Assembly: GCF_963921235.1 (NCBI RefSeq)
Contig: NC_086097.1
Location: 149,854,001-149,918,000 of the forward strand
Direction of reading: 5' to 3'
DNA length: 64,000 bases
Origin: Mobula hypostoma
Taxonomy: Eukaryota
Shown here: positions 25,276 through 39,100 of the stretch, piece by piece
Position numbering within the stretch: position 1 is the stretch's first letter
How the letters are laid out: each line of letters opens with the position of its first letter
Program-made: the position numbers and the translations under genes
The notes under the pieces: model-generated
Told to the model about the DNA's origin: nothing
Database searches by the model: none
The model's input: only the letters and a program-made list of their open reading frames with translations

Positions 25276-25684
25276 GACAATTCCCCTTATGTTCTTCTCA
25301 TACACATTCCACATCAGACCCATGGGATGACTTTACTGTGTAATGCTCCTTTTGGGGCATTGTTGGGGAAATCCTAGAGCCCCATTGGACTTGGACTTGT
25401 AGCTTTGCCAATTTTAGCAATAGAATTAGATGTTCACCAGTAAGTCAACCATTTACCCAGCAGCCTTAAGCATCCCCTAACCACGTCCAATAGAGTGGAC
25501 TTCTAAAAGACAGTTATTTTGGTCATAGCATGAAAATCAGGATATGGAAATATCTAGCTGGATCCCATGTTCATTTCTACCACTGACAACCCCAAATATC
25601 TAACACTATTATATATCAAAACATACATAAACTTTCATCCAGAATTTCTAAATTAGTAGATGTTATAAATTGACTTCAACTCAC

Positions 25685-25744
25685 TTTAAAGTAGTTCTTT
25701 GATGATGTCCAGGAAGAGGTCGTCCAATTTCCAAGTCTCTTCGA
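25685..25744 (-). CDS. NDRG1: NDRG1 exon 11 (60 nt)
   Basis: RRDLEIGRPLPGHHQRTTLK; ctgtag and gtgagt flanks. One codon longer than the human exon as I recall it. Confidence 0.93.
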
Positions 25745-26689
25745 CTACAGAAAAACAAACTGGGTTAATTATAGAGCATTGGATGGTTTATCCCATAAAC
25801 CAGCTCCTCCCCCAACACACACCACCACCAATATTGTGTGTAGGCTTCTTCCCACTGAGTGGTAAACAGACTTTACCTCCTTTATTATTTCTATCACAGA
25901 ATCCATTCAACCACAAACTGCATTTTCCAATGTCTGGCTTTAGCTGGTACTTACCACTCACAATTTTAGGTCTATTTCTGTTGTGACTAATGTAATTCTT
26001 TACAAGTAGCTTGTGCTCTGCGCTCTTCAAGAGGGTAATAAACTCAATATAAATAATAGTTTCAGACAATTCACAGGCCTTGGGAGAAAAAGTAGGACAG
26101 AAAACATGACATCCTCAGGAAGAGGGAGCATGCATTATCTAGAGTTGGTGTTGATCACAAAGCTGCAAGTCATTCAGTTTCTTCAATGAGTGATATTTGA
26201 CCTGCCTCTGCCCCCTGCAGATGCTGCTCCAGATTCCAGCATCTTCAGTCTGGTGTTGTGTTCTTTACGTCATTCTTGTATTTGAAACAACTGTGCAAAT
26301 ATGACACCTACACCTTAGTTTAGGTACAGTAAATAGGCAACTATTCAACATGACAGCCAATCACTATCAGTGAATGTTGTTTACATTTGAAAAATAAGAT
26401 GGAATGGAAATGGCTCAGATGAAGGTCAGGAGAACATGTCTCCAGGTCCTCAATCTCCATGAAAAGACAATGCTGACCATTACTGTAACATCTGTAACCA
26501 AGACCGCAAAATCATCAGAAAAGCATCAAGCCATAAAAATGCTAGAAATCTGAATTAAAAACAAAACTGCTGGAAATACTTAGTGGGTCAAGCAGCAACT
26601 ATGGGAGAGACCTATGATTAAAACTAAGAAAAGTTGTAAGTGTTTTGAATTACAGAAGTGGATGGGTGGCGGGAACAAATGATATACTG

Positions 26690-26945
26690 TGGGTGGCGCA
26701 TTAGCGTAGCGGTTACCACGCTTTACAGTACAGGCAACACAGGTTCAATTCCCACCACTGTCCTGCACATTCTCCCTGTGACCACATGGGTTTCCTCCCA
26801 CAATCCAAAGACCTACCAGTTAGTAGGTTAATGAGTTGTTGTAAATTGTCCCATGATTAGGCTAGGATTAGATTGGGGCATTGCTCGGCAATGTGGTTTG
26901 AAGGGCCTACTTCACACTGCATACACACTGCAATAAATAAATAAA
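26690..26945 (+). mobile_element. HE1/V-SINE-like tRNA-derived SINE
   Basis: A-box tagcgtagcgg, B-box ggttcaattcc, V-domain ttctccctgtgaccacatgggtttcctcccaca, CR1-like 3' gaagggccta, (taaa)n tail. Confidence 0.8.
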
Positions 26946-27899
26946 TCTGTAATAGCATGAGGATCAAGAGAAACAGCGTCAATCTTGGTTGTTACAGAAT
27001 AGTGAAGGTTTTCTCAATTACAGGTAATCTCTCAGGAAGAGACACAACAAATTAAAGGAGACAGAAAGCAATGTTAGAACTGAGAGAGAAAACATGGTAG
27101 CTACCGCAAATATGAAATGACAATACTATGAACATTCTGCATATTAAACAACTGCTAAGGAGAGAGAAACAATTTAGTTGATAACCTTTTATCAGATCAG
27201 AACTGGGCAGCTATGAACTAAAAAGGTTGTTTTTTCTGAAACTGTACAGATTATGTCAAGCCCTGCATGCCTTAATGCAAGAGATTACTGGTCTGACCAC
27301 ATGCTACACTTTGATGGAAAACAAAAAGCAAAAGACAGGGATCAGACAGGAGTGGGATGGAGAACTAAAATGGCAGGCAACTGGAAATTTGCGATCACCT
27401 TTACTGCAGAGCAGTTACTCAGCCAACATTTGATTTTTTTTAATATAGGAAAAAAGAATCGTATAATGGATGTAGAAATTTGGAACATGAATAAGCCCGC
27501 AGTGAGTAACATGAAGTGCTGCAAGCTGCTCTACCATTTAATAATATAACTGACCTAACTGTAACCTCAAATCCACATTCTTTTCTCAGTCACCTTTCAC
27601 CCTAATGCTTAAAGTATTTACTCTTGCCTTAAAAGTATTTAATCACTCTCTTCCACTGCTCTTTCAACTAAAGTTCCAAAAGTTCACACCTCTCAGAAGT
27701 TTAGCCTCATCTAAAGTAAATGGGCAAATGTAAATTGATTCTTAGCTCTAGAATCCCACAGGAACAAAAACAATCTTCCCCATTCTCCCATCCAACCTAT
27801 CAAGACCACCATTACCCTAGAAGATCTTGTACATTTCACTCTGAGCACCAAATTAAACATACACGTGAAGCAGCATCTCACATGGAAAGGCTATGTGAC

Positions 27900-28245
27900 A
27901 TTTTTTTTAATTTATTCATTTACAGGATGTGGGGATCACCAGCTAGGCCAGCATTTATTGTCTATCCCTAGTTGTCCCTGTGAAGGCAGTTAAAGTGAAG
28001 CTGCCTTCATGAACCGCTGCAGTCCCTGAGGTGTAGGTATACCCACAGTGCTGTTAGGGAGGGAATTCTATGATTTTGACCCAGCAACAATAAAGGAATG
28101 GCCATATGTTTGCAAGTCAGGATGGTGAGTGACTTGGATGGCAAGTGACCAAGTGGTGTTCCCAGGTATCTGCTGTTCTTGCCCTTCTCCATGGTAGTGG
28201 TCATGGGTCTAGAAAGTGCTGCCTAAGGAACTTTGGTGTGGGATG
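27900..28245 (-). mobile_element. LINE 3' end (L2/CR1-group); relatives at about 6010-6075 and 34385-34770
   Basis: Minus strand ...gactgcagcggttcatgaaggcagcttcac...caataaatgctggcctagc...gaataaattaaaaaaaa. Clade uncertain. Confidence 0.6.
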
Positions 28246-29234
28246 TGGCTACTTGTACGGTAAGATGAGCATTCGCTGCTTTCTTTGCAGCTGCAGGTGT
28301 TCAGAAATCCTGAACTAGCTGGACCCCTTCTGTGGCCTCTCACCTTTCCTACATCTATTCACTGCTATTTGCTTCAGTGACGTTTACGGCAAAAAATTCT
28401 AACAACCTTACTTATTCTAACCTACAGCTCTCAGCCCCAGAAGATCAATATCAATCTGCTGACCAGGGTGCTGCTACTGCTTGTCAAACTGATCTCTGAA
28501 ACTCACTTCACAAACATACAGCAACCAGTTTGTAAGAAACTGGTTACAAGAGAGAAAAGCAGCTAAAAAAAGTAAATTGAGTTAATTTGAGGCAAATGAA
28601 ATGAAAAGATGAACAAACTTGCCTGCAACTGCAGTTAATCTTAAACCGATGCAGTGAACCCCTCTGAACACTCTACACACTGTTGTGGCTTGAATTCCTA
28701 TCTGACATCAAGTCTTGCAAGGCTCCAAATAAGAGCAGAATCCTCAAGCAAGCTATTTAAATCATCTGAGTGTGGCAAATAGAAGCCTAGCTTGGACAGG
28801 TTTGAAATTTCTTTGAGACGAGTTGAGCAGCACTCTTCCACTAAATGTCAGCAATATATCTAACCCTTTAAATTAAGCTGCTTTGGAATCCTCACCTTAA
28901 GTAAATGTTGTGTTTCATGCATGAACAGCTCCAATCATTGACAAATTCAGAGCCAAAGGTTGGACATGACATATTTGGGCATGCTAACCACTTGGTGGGG
29001 GGAGGGGGGGGAGGGTTGTAAAACAGGAATCTTTTGCAGCATAAACCTATAGAACATTAACCACCAGTGTAAACTCTCAGAAATGTGCACAGCAGTACTT
29101 AATACACCAATGATGCTGTTTTATGTGCAACGCTACATTTTCAAATGTTGCTGAGACATATTTCAATTCACATTTTATTTTATCTTTGTAGCCAAGATAT
29201 ATGAAGTCTTGCAGAACTGCAACAGGATCACTAA

Positions 29235-32055
29235 CCCCAAAACCAGACCTTCGAGGTCAGAGGAGGCAAGGCAGGTGAAGGAGCGAGTGTGGGGATTGGC
29301 TGAGAAGGAGCAGCTGATTTAAAAAGCCAGTCGTGAGCAGCAAGCTAACCAGACCTTCGAGGTCGGAGTTGGCGAGGCAGGTGAAACTAATTACTGAAAA
29401 TATCAGCTAATATAAGCAAGGCTCACTCTAGGGGAGCGGCCTGTCGAGGAGCGGCCTTGTCGAGGGAAGTGCCTTGTGAGATAAGTGCGAGTCTTTGGCT
29501 CAGGAGTCTTTGGCAAGGAGGCTGAGGGAAGAGACTACGCCACAGTTGGAGAGGGTGAGAAGTGGAGAAGAGATGACCGCCAGGCTGATTCAGTGTGCTG
29601 CGTGCATGATGTGGGAGGTCAGGGACACTGATGGTGCCTCTGGATCCTACACCTGCGAAAAATGTGTCCAGTTTCAGCTTCTGAAGGACTGTGTTGCAGC
29701 ACTGGAGAGGCAACTGGATGATGTTAGGTTAATCCGGGAGAAAGAGTTTTCTGGACAGGACCTACAGTGAGGTCGTTACACCCAGGATACAGGAAAAGAG
29801 TAGGATGACGATGATGAGCAAGGCAAGGATGCTTGAAGTACAGGAGACCCCGGGAGATGTGCCTCTTGTAAACAGGTTCTCCCTCTTGGAAGCTGTCGGG
29901 ACAGAAGACAGTGTCAGTCTGAGAGGCGGACGGGTCTGCGAGTCAACAATTGGCGCTGAGGCAAACCCGAGGAGACAGACGTCAGGCAGAGCCGTGGTAG
30001 TAGGGGACTCCATAGTGAGAGGTACAGAAAGGGGCTTCTGCAGCAACAGGCAGGATTTAAGGATGGTGTGTTGCCTCCCTAGCGCCAGGATCCAGGACGT
30101 CACGGACCGATTGCAAGGAATCCTCAAGGGTGAAGGAGAACATCCGGAAGTGGTGGTGCATGTCGGCACAAATGATGTGGGGAAGAGGAAGAAAGAGCAA
30201 CAGAAGGTAACTAAAAGGGCAATACGCAGAGAAAAAATGAGGTATGAAGGTAAACTAGCCGAGAATATAAAGGAGGATAATAAAAGCTTCTTTAGGTACA
30301 TGAAAAGGAAAAAAATAGTTAATACCAAAATTGGGCCCTTGAAGACAGAAGCGGATGAATTTATTATGGGGAAACAAGGAAATGGCAGGCGAGTTGAACA
30401 GGTACTTTGGATTGATTCACTAGGGAAGACACAAACAATCTCCCAGATATAATAGTGGCCAAAAGACCTAGGGTAATGGATGAATTGAAGGAAATTTATA
30501 TTAGGCAGGAAATGGTGTTGGATAGGATGTTGGGTCTGAAGGCTGATAAGTCCCCGGGACCTGATGGTCTGCATCCCAGGGTACTTAAGGAGGTGGCTTT
30601 AGAAATCGTGGACGCATTGGTAATCATTTTCCAATGTTCTATAGATTCAGGATCAGTTCCTGTGGACTGGAGGGTGGCTAATGTTGTCCCTCTCTTCAAG
30701 AAGGGAGAAAGAGAGAAAACAGGGAATTATAGACCGGTTAGCCTGACGTCGGTGGTGGGAAAGATGCTGGAGTCAATTATAAAAGATGAAATTACGACAC
30801 ATCTGGATAGCAGTAACAGGATCAGTCCGAGTCAGCATGGATTTACGAAGGAGAAATCGTGCTTGACTAATCATCTGGAATTTTTTGAGGATGTAACTAT
30901 GAAAATGGACAAGGGAGAGCCAGTGGATGTAGTGTACCTGGACTTTCAGAAAGCCTTTGATAAAGTCCCACATAGGAGGTTAGTGGGCAAAATTAGGGCA
31001 CATGGTATTGGGGGCAGAGTACTGACATGGATTGAAAATTGGCTGGCTGACAGAAAACAAAGAGTAGCGATTAACGGGTCCCTTTCTGAATGGCAGGCAG
31101 TGACCAGTGGGGTACCGCAGGGTTCAGTGCTGGGACCGCAGCTGTTTACAATATATATTATTGATTTAGATGAGGGAATTAAAAGTAACATTAGCAAATT
31201 TGCTGATGACACAAAGCTGGGAGGCAGTGTGAAATGTGAGGAGGATGTTATGAGAATGCAGGGTGACTTGGACAGGCTGGGTGAGTGGGCAGATGCAGTT
31301 TAATGTGGATAAGTGTGAGGTTATCCACTTTGGTGGTAAGAACGGGAAGGTAGATTATTATCTAAATGGAGTCAAGTTAGGAAAAGGGGAAGCACAACAA
31401 GATCTAGGTGTTCTTGTACATCAGTCACTGAAAGCAAGTATGCAAGTACAGCAGGCAGTGAAAAAAGCTAATGGCATGCCGGCCTTCATAACAAGGGGAA
31501 TTGAGTATAAGAGCAAAGGGGTCCTTCTGCAGGTGTACAGGGCCCTGGTGAGACCACACCTGGAGTACTGTGTGCAGTTTTGGTCTCCAAATTTGAGGAA
31601 GGACATTCTTGCTATTGAGGGAGTGTAGTATAGGTTCACAAGGTTAATTCCCAGGATGGCGGGACTGTCATATGTCAAAAGATTGGAGCAACTGGGCTTG
31701 AATACACTGGAATTTAGAAGGCTGAGGGGGGATCTTATTGAAACATGTAAGATTATTAAGGGATTGGACACGCTGCAGGCAGGAAGCATGTTCCCACTGA
31801 TGGGCGAGTCCAGAACCAGAGGCCACAGTTTAAGAATTAGGGGTAGGCCATTTAGAACGGAGTTGAGGAAAAACTTTTTCACCCAGAGAGTGGTGTATAT
31901 ATGGAATGCTCTGCCCCAGAAGGCTGTGGAGGCAAAGGTTTTGGGGATAAGGTAGGAACTGGATACTGATAGTGGATGATCAGCCATGATCACAGTGAAT
32001 GGCGGTGTTGGCTCGAAGGGCCAAATGGCCTACTCCTGCACCTCTTGTCTATTAT
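29235..32055 (+). mobile_element. CR1 LINE with 5' end and a large internal deletion (ORF1 zinc finger/esterase joined to ORF2 RT)
   Basis: ORF1 CAAC..CEKC zinc finger and coiled coil, VVVGDSIVRG, VVVHVGTND. These run directly into ORF2 KEQQKVTKRAIRREK, then RT with QGSVLGP and an intact KFADD. Several frameshifts and stops. Confidence 0.92.
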
Positions 32056-32129
32056 CAGTTTCTTTCACCATAGAAGCTCTAATTTCCTTGTTCTTGGACA
32101 GTACTCATGGTCCTGCACAATCTGGCAAT

Positions 32130-33350
32130 CAGGAATATATTTCCTGGATGTCATCTTCAAATCCCATTAAAATTCTGTAGGTTTCTACAAGACCCTATCA
32201 ATCTTCCACATTCTAATGAATAAGCCTACTGATTAATACAATCTTTGTTCATAGTCCTTTTATCTCAGGAATCAGTTAAGTGAATGCCTTCCAATGCATG
32301 ACCATCCTTCTTCAGTTAAAGGAAATCAACACTGCACACAATGCTCATGCAGCAAGACATCCTGCTCCTTACTCAAATTCTTTTGTTATAACAACCAGCA
32401 TAAAATTTATCTTCTTAACCTAGGTCTTGCTGCTCCTATCTTTCCCAATCTATTGTCATTCTGATAATAATTTACCTTCCTGTGGATAACCTCACATTTA
32501 TCTACATTATACTCTATCGACTCGGCTGGTGGTGTAGTGGCATCAGCGCCAGACTTCAGGACAAAGGTCCCGGGTTCGAATCCAGCCAGCTGGCTCCCCT
32601 GCATGCTTACCATCCATGCTGGGTTACGAGCTAGTGATCTCTTTGAAACTCACCCGGCAGAAAGCAATGGCGAATCACTGCTGTAACTTGCCTCACACGC
32701 GATTCACCACTACGTCAGAAAGGCGTGGAGGGAAATCGACCGCTAACCGGAGAAATTCCAGATGCAACGTACCTTTCCTTTCCTATACACTATCTGCCGG
32801 GCATCTGGCCAAAGCCTCAAGCTGAAGCTTCTCTGCATCTTCCTCAGGTACACTTTTCCACTGAACTTTGATGCCATCCACAAACCCTTGGGATATCACA
32901 CTTAATTTGCTCCTCAAAATCATTAACATGAATGTAGTGAACCAAGCATTGATCCCAGTGGTGGTATTCCAATAGTCATTGCCTGCAAGCTAGACTATTT
33001 ATTTGTATTTTGTTTCCTGTCATCCAACTAGCTGTCTATCCATAACTCAGTATCTTGCCTTCAATCCCATTTGCTTTGATTTTGCATGCCGTTCTTCGAC
33101 CGAACCCAAAAGCTTTTTGAAGGTCAAAATACATCATATTTACTGGTTCTCCTTGAGCAATTCTGTTGGTTACAACCCAAAAAATATTATTAGGCTTGTC
33201 AAACATGTTTTTTCCCTTTTACAAATCCTTGTCAACTGTCTGATCCTGTCACTCTTCTCCATGTACTATACTATTACATCTTTTATAACTGACTAGCAAT
33301 TTCTGCACCACAGATGTCAGGCTAATCAGTCTGTAATTCCGTTTTCCCTA
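32130..33350 (-). mobile_element. Old, degraded CR1 remnant
   Basis: IEYNVDKCEVIH on the minus strand and further RT-like patches. Interrupted by the SINE at 32519-32783. Confidence 0.65.
32519..32783 (+). mobile_element. tRNA-derived SINE with RTE-like body
   Basis: A-box TGGTGTAGTGG (32530-32540), B-box GGTTCGAATCC (32573-32583), tail acctttcctttcc. TSD tatactctatc / tatacactatc (32508-32518 and 32784-32794). Confidence 0.85.
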
Positions 33351-33450
33351 TTTTTTCTTTTGATGAATTGCCCTGTAATTGATTGAAACTATCCAAAACA
33401 AACATAATTATTTAAAGATTAATGTAAAGAGAGATCCAGTGTTACTTTAC

Positions 33451-33554
33451 CTGTTGTACGAGTCAACAAACAGCTGAAGATTGTGATGATTAAGCCCAGT
33501 GGAGATGTGATTACGGTATGTCTGGATCAATTCAGGATTAGAATTTATTTCATC
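33451..33554 (-). CDS. NDRG1: NDRG1 exon 10 (104 nt)
   Basis: DEINSNPELIQTYRNHISTGLNHHNLQLFVDSYNS; AG/GT flanks. Confidence 0.94.
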
Positions 33555-34410
33555 CTAAAGTTAGATTACATACATGTTGTTAGACAAACGTAAACTATAA
33601 TCATAATGGTCCTAATCACTGATAATTTTATTACTTTGCACATAAGCTAGAAAGTGAGAGGAATGGTCAAGGTTTAAGAATTCACAAATGAGAAAATACA
33701 ATTTGGACAAGTATTTGCTGTCAGCAGCAAACATGGTTGCTGTACAGCCATATCTGATAAAAATTCCATTTAGCTTTGGTGATACGCTCAATTGGGATTT
33801 TTAGAAAATGTATGGTGAATTCCCTGGTTTGACTGTACTATGAGAAACAAGTCATTCCCCTTGGAGGAGAAAAACTGATCGCTGGACATGGTTCTTCATC
33901 TTAAATTAGTTAATCAAAGCCATTTTGAATTCCTCAAATAATTCAAAATGTTCAAAAGGTTGGAAGGAGGCAATAAAGTATGTAGCATAAAATTCACTCA
34001 GCCATTATGGTCCATTCAAATTTAAATAGGGAAAAGGCAATTCTGACACTGGAGAAATGCTGACAACAGCTTTCTGGTGTGCATAGTCAAATGGGAAATG
34101 TTAGTTACATTGAGAAATAGCACCGAATGCTCAGATCACTAAAGTGACACAAGTTGTCATCAGTACCATCAAATCTGGATTAAAAAAAGCTGAATTCCAG
34201 AGGGAAGGACACAGTGATCTTCGACTTTAAGAGAGCGTTTCACTGAGTATGGCATTCAAACACATTGATAACACAGAGGTGGAAAACAAAGTCAGTTATG
34301 GTTGTCAAAAAGAGGACATAAATGATATTGGCTGAAAGGGCCTACTTTAGTGTTATACAATTCTGTGAAATAAATCCTCTAACCCAAAGACATCACTGCA
34401 GGAGTTCTGG

Positions 34411-34452
34411 TGTAATGCCCTCAGCCAAACATGTAATGCCCTCAGCCAAACA
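34411..34452 (+). repeat. Perfect 21-bp tandem duplication
   Basis: tgtaatgccctcagccaaaca twice, inside a LINE remnant. Confidence 0.9.
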
Positions 34453-36045
34453 ATATTCAGCTGTTACAATTATCTTCCCTTCATCAGAGTCAGAAGAGGA
34501 GATAGTTAAAAAGCCTTTCAAAACCCATATTCAATTGCACTCTAGTCCTCAAAGAAAGCAAGCAAGCATGCTAGTATGCAAGCTAGACAGGCAACACTCA
34601 GGCAGGACTGATAAGTGGCAATACATGTCACAAATATCCCAAGGAGTGATTATCTCCAGGGAGTGGGAGTCTAGTCATCTGCCCTTGATCTTCAATAGAA
34701 TTACCATCAGCAAGTTCTCCACTGATATCACAGGGGTTAACACTGACAAGATACTCAAACAGCATGGTCACAGAAATAAAGGACAAGCACAGGGCAAGTT
34801 TTTTTTTGTACACACAACAGTAGGTCCTGAAACTTAATGCAGGGGAAGTGATAAAAGCAGATATGACAGCAACATTTAAGAGGTAGACAGACAACCACAC
34901 AAATGGATAGAAAATAGAGGGATAGAGACCTTGTGCAGGCAGATTGGATTTGTTAAATTAGCATGGTAAGTACAGACATGGTGGGCCAAAGAACCTCGTT
35001 CTGTATTTGTAATGTACCATTTTCCAGTTGTTTGGGGGAAAAGGCCTCAGTGCTATCATTATGTTCTAAGGTGGGGCCCATCAGCCAAGGGACTAAAGTT
35101 ATTATATCTGCTAGGATATAGTTTCAGGTTCAAAACTGCTCTCAGGGACACACTGAACATGCTCCAGAAAAGGTCACCAGATTACTGGTCAACAGAAAGA
35201 TACCTGCCTCTCCATTACTGTCAATTTTTAAATTATTGCACTGCACACTTCTAGGCACAAGTATTCAAGGTATTTTATAAAAACTTTGGAGCAAAGTTAC
35301 TAACATTTGGATACTAACTGTACTTTGATTAATGCCAGGACTTGCTCTGGGGCTGGACTGGCTGCTAGTAACTTGATTACACTTGTCATGAATGGAAGAC
35401 AAGGTGGCATTTGTAGCTGAAGTCATTAGTCATTTCATTCTGATTTCTTACAGAAGCTTCTGAAAAGGAGCTTCATTTGAACATTCTTCTACTAGTTCAT
35501 TCAATTCTCCACTGAATATATCAGTCAAGCTAGAGATTTGCTCAAAATCACTGGGCCTTCTACTTTCATAAAAATTGCAGCACATAGAGAGTCTTGCACC
35601 GTAGCTTTATTAGGTTGGCACATCAGTTTAGGTATGCCAAGGCAATTATTGACATACCTTTCTGAAAACTGATTGGCAGAACAATAATCACATTACTATT
35701 GATGAAGAGCAAAATGATGGATGGTGGTGGTACACAAATGTTCTCACCTGCAGTATTTGACACAAGCACCAGTAACAGTGAACAAACTGAAGGCAATATT
35801 CACAAGAACTGCTGCAGTCATTTCTGCTAAATCCATTAGACAGTCTAGTATACTACAAATATTTTGATGAGATCATTAATAAGGGTCAGTTATATCCTTC
35901 AGTAAGTGGCTAATACACCCAACTAATGTGTGCAGGATATCCAAAGAAAATAAGGATTCCTACCAGATGATCCAAATTATGTTAACTTCTACTCTATCTA
36001 AAGGAGAAAACTTTGATGCAAGTGAAATGTGAATATTGAACTTAC

Positions 36046-36102
36046 CTTACTAAAGAGATGACTGATCAAAACATCTGCCAAATTAGAGGTCCAGCCAGTA
36101 AG
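36046..36102 (-). CDS. NDRG1: NDRG1 exon 9 (57 nt)
   Basis: LTGWTSNLADVLISHLFSK, with GWT as in NDRG1; AG/GT flanks. Confidence 0.94.
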
Positions 36103-39100
36103 CTAGGAGAAAATTGAAATTAAAATCATGCAGAACTGAATACTCAACTTTACACCTATTACTTTTCTCTCTGAAAACCAACCACTGAAAGATGTTTTGT
36201 AACACCTTATAGTAATCATAAAACAATGCACTAGTATAAGGCAATAGTAAGGGAATAAAGAGCAAATTCTTGAAGTTATTCAAACAAAGTCTTATAAAGT
36301 TTGATAAACAGTGGCACAGATTTTTAAAAGCTCATCCTTATGGCCAAAAACATTCAAAGTTCAAATTTGTTATCAAGGTTTCTTTTCAACCTTCTGTGTC
36401 AAGATGACACTGGTGACACATGGCAATGTTATGTGGGCAACTCACTAAACTACTAGATATACTTCTGAACTATGATCATCACAAAATACAGCATACATGT
36501 CACCCAGTTTGCTATTTCTCCATTTTTCAGCACCACACTTCAGAAAATTATCAAGTCTTGGAGACAAAATGATTTACCATGGCAAATAAGGGAGTTTTCA
36601 GTCATCTGGGGAATTTCCATAGAATTAGACAGTTAAATATACCTACTGTAAACTGGCAACCTGATCCACTACAAAGTACACCTACATCAGACTGGACAGA
36701 TGGTTGCTTTTGCTGTTTAATGATCCTTTCACCAATGCATAATTAATTTTGTTGTGTTACACACAGAAAATTAGATAATTGTCCTTCCAGTGGTCCCATC
36801 TTATTTATACATGTTAAAAATCTTGGACCTGTGTAGATTAGAATGCCAATTTTTTTTTCTTTTTTTAAATTACTCAAAACATGATCCAGATTGCTTTACT
36901 ATTGAACACTGTTGGCACCTTCTGGCTTCGCATGTAATTTTTTTTGAGAAAAAAAACTATTTTAAGAAGGAGGTGCATAGAAGAAACAAACAGCAAGGAA
37001 CAAATATGGTTCTTGAGGAGTACAAGAAATCCAAGAAAACACTGAGGAAATCAGGAGGGCTACAAGGGATGAGGTTGCTCTAGTAGCCAAGGTGAATGAG
37101 GATTCTAAAGGCTTCTGCAGATGCATTAAAAGCACAAGGACAATGTGACAGAATGTTGGCAATGCTAATTCAACTAACCTTGCCCCTTTGCCCAGTTAGT
37201 CACTCCTCCTCATTCTGCCCTTAGTCTAGTTTCCCCAGTAGTGCACACAGTTTGCTCTCCCATTCTGCAGTTCTTGGGAATTCACCATTTACACACCTAC
37301 CAAATGCTAACTCGACTAATCAAAACAATCCCTTCAGTTAAGGTGTTCTACTGGTTTGCAACTCAAAAATAAGGATTCCAGACACAGGCATTCCAAACAG
37401 TTTTTATTTTTACTCATACTGTTAAACCCCCAAGGGACCATTTGGGGTGTCCTAAAATAATGCCTGGGTTAGTGGGACAGGCACTATTCTTCTATATTCA
37501 TCGGAGCATGTGGACACCGATCCATGGGTTTAACTAAAGCATTTGTTGTGGAATAAATGTAGGATGTTAGAGTTGCCTAATTCTGCATCTGAATTAATTA
37601 TTATGGACTGGTCACTTGATCACACCCCCCCCCCCACCCCCAACCCCAGACCAACAGTAGAACTTCCTGTTCGTTCTAGGCCAGGTGGAGGCAGATTTAA
37701 ACACTTAATCTGGTTTTACGAGAGGTGTGGAGGTTGGATTTGACATTGATTAATAGTTATATTAGAAAGTTAAAGACTGTCGTGGAGAAAGCCTCTGCAT
37801 ATTGGTACGTACATGATTATTTTCATTTGTCTATTTGTAAATACTTTTTTCTTCACAACTTTTGGGCAGATTTTGCATTTTTTTCCACCTGGCACCAAAT
37901 AAAACTTCTTGCACTAACATGCTGTTGTGGCGTGCCATTTTTTTTTCAACTGGTGAGCCTATTCGGGCATGCTTACCCACACCTGGTGGCAAGGTATGAT
38001 ATTTGGTAGTACGGCACAAAATTGGTCCACTGGAAGATTAGAGCAGTCATCTATGTATGGAGCCTAAAGATACGGGGGAGAACTTAAATGGAATTTTTGT
38101 ATCTGTATTTACTCGGGAGACAGACACAGCATCTGTAGAAGTGGGGCAAAGTAGCAGTGAGGTCATGGACCATATAGAGATTACAGAGGTGTTGTTTGCT
38201 GTTTCGAGGAAAATTACGGTGGATAATTCCTAGAGCGTGACAAGATGTTCCCTCAAACCTTAAGGGAGGCTAGTGCAGAAATTGCAGGTGCCCTAGCAGA
38301 GATATTTAAAATATCCTTAACCATGGGTGAAGTGCCAGAATATTGGAAGATAGCTAATATTGTTCCATGTTTAAGAAAGGCTCTAGGAATAAGCCAGGAA
38401 ATTATCGACTACTGAGCCTGACATCAGTAGTGAGAAAGTTATTGGAAGGTATTCTAAGGGACCAGATATACAAGTATTTAGATAGGCAGAGTCTGATTAG
38501 GGATAATCAACATGGCTTTGTGCATGGTAGGTCTTTTCTTACCAATCTTAAGAATTTTTCCAAGTACGTTATCAAGAGAGTTGATGAAGGCAAGGCAGTA
38601 GATGTTGTTTACATGGACTTTAACAAAGCTTTTGAGAGGGTCTTGCATGGGAGGATGGTCAACAAGGTTCAGTCACTTAGCATTCAAGATGAGACAGTAA
38701 ATATGATGAGACATCGATTTCACAGGAGAAGCCAGAGAGTAATAGTAGATGGTTGCCTCTCTGACTGAAGCCCTGTGGCTAGTGATGTGCCACAGGGATC
38801 AGTGTTGGGTCTGTTCTAGTTTGTCATCTATATAACAAGCTAGGGGATAAAGTGGCAAGCTGGATTTGTAAATTTGCACCAAGTTTGGAGGTGTAGTGGA
38901 CAATATGGTTGACTATCAAAGCTTGCAGCGGGATCTGGAGCAACTGGGACATGGGCTGAAAAAAAAAAAATGGCAGATAGAATTTAATGCAGACAAGTGT
39001 GAGATGTTGCACTTTGGGAGTAAAAACCAGGGTAGGATTTACTTGCATGATTTGTGGTAGGGCACTGAGAAATGCAGTAGAATAGAGGTATCTGCGAATG

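Noticed and set aside
32519-32592. tRNA-like sequence with A and B boxes
   Set aside because: No proper acceptor stem or terminator; it continues into a SINE body with tail and TSD.
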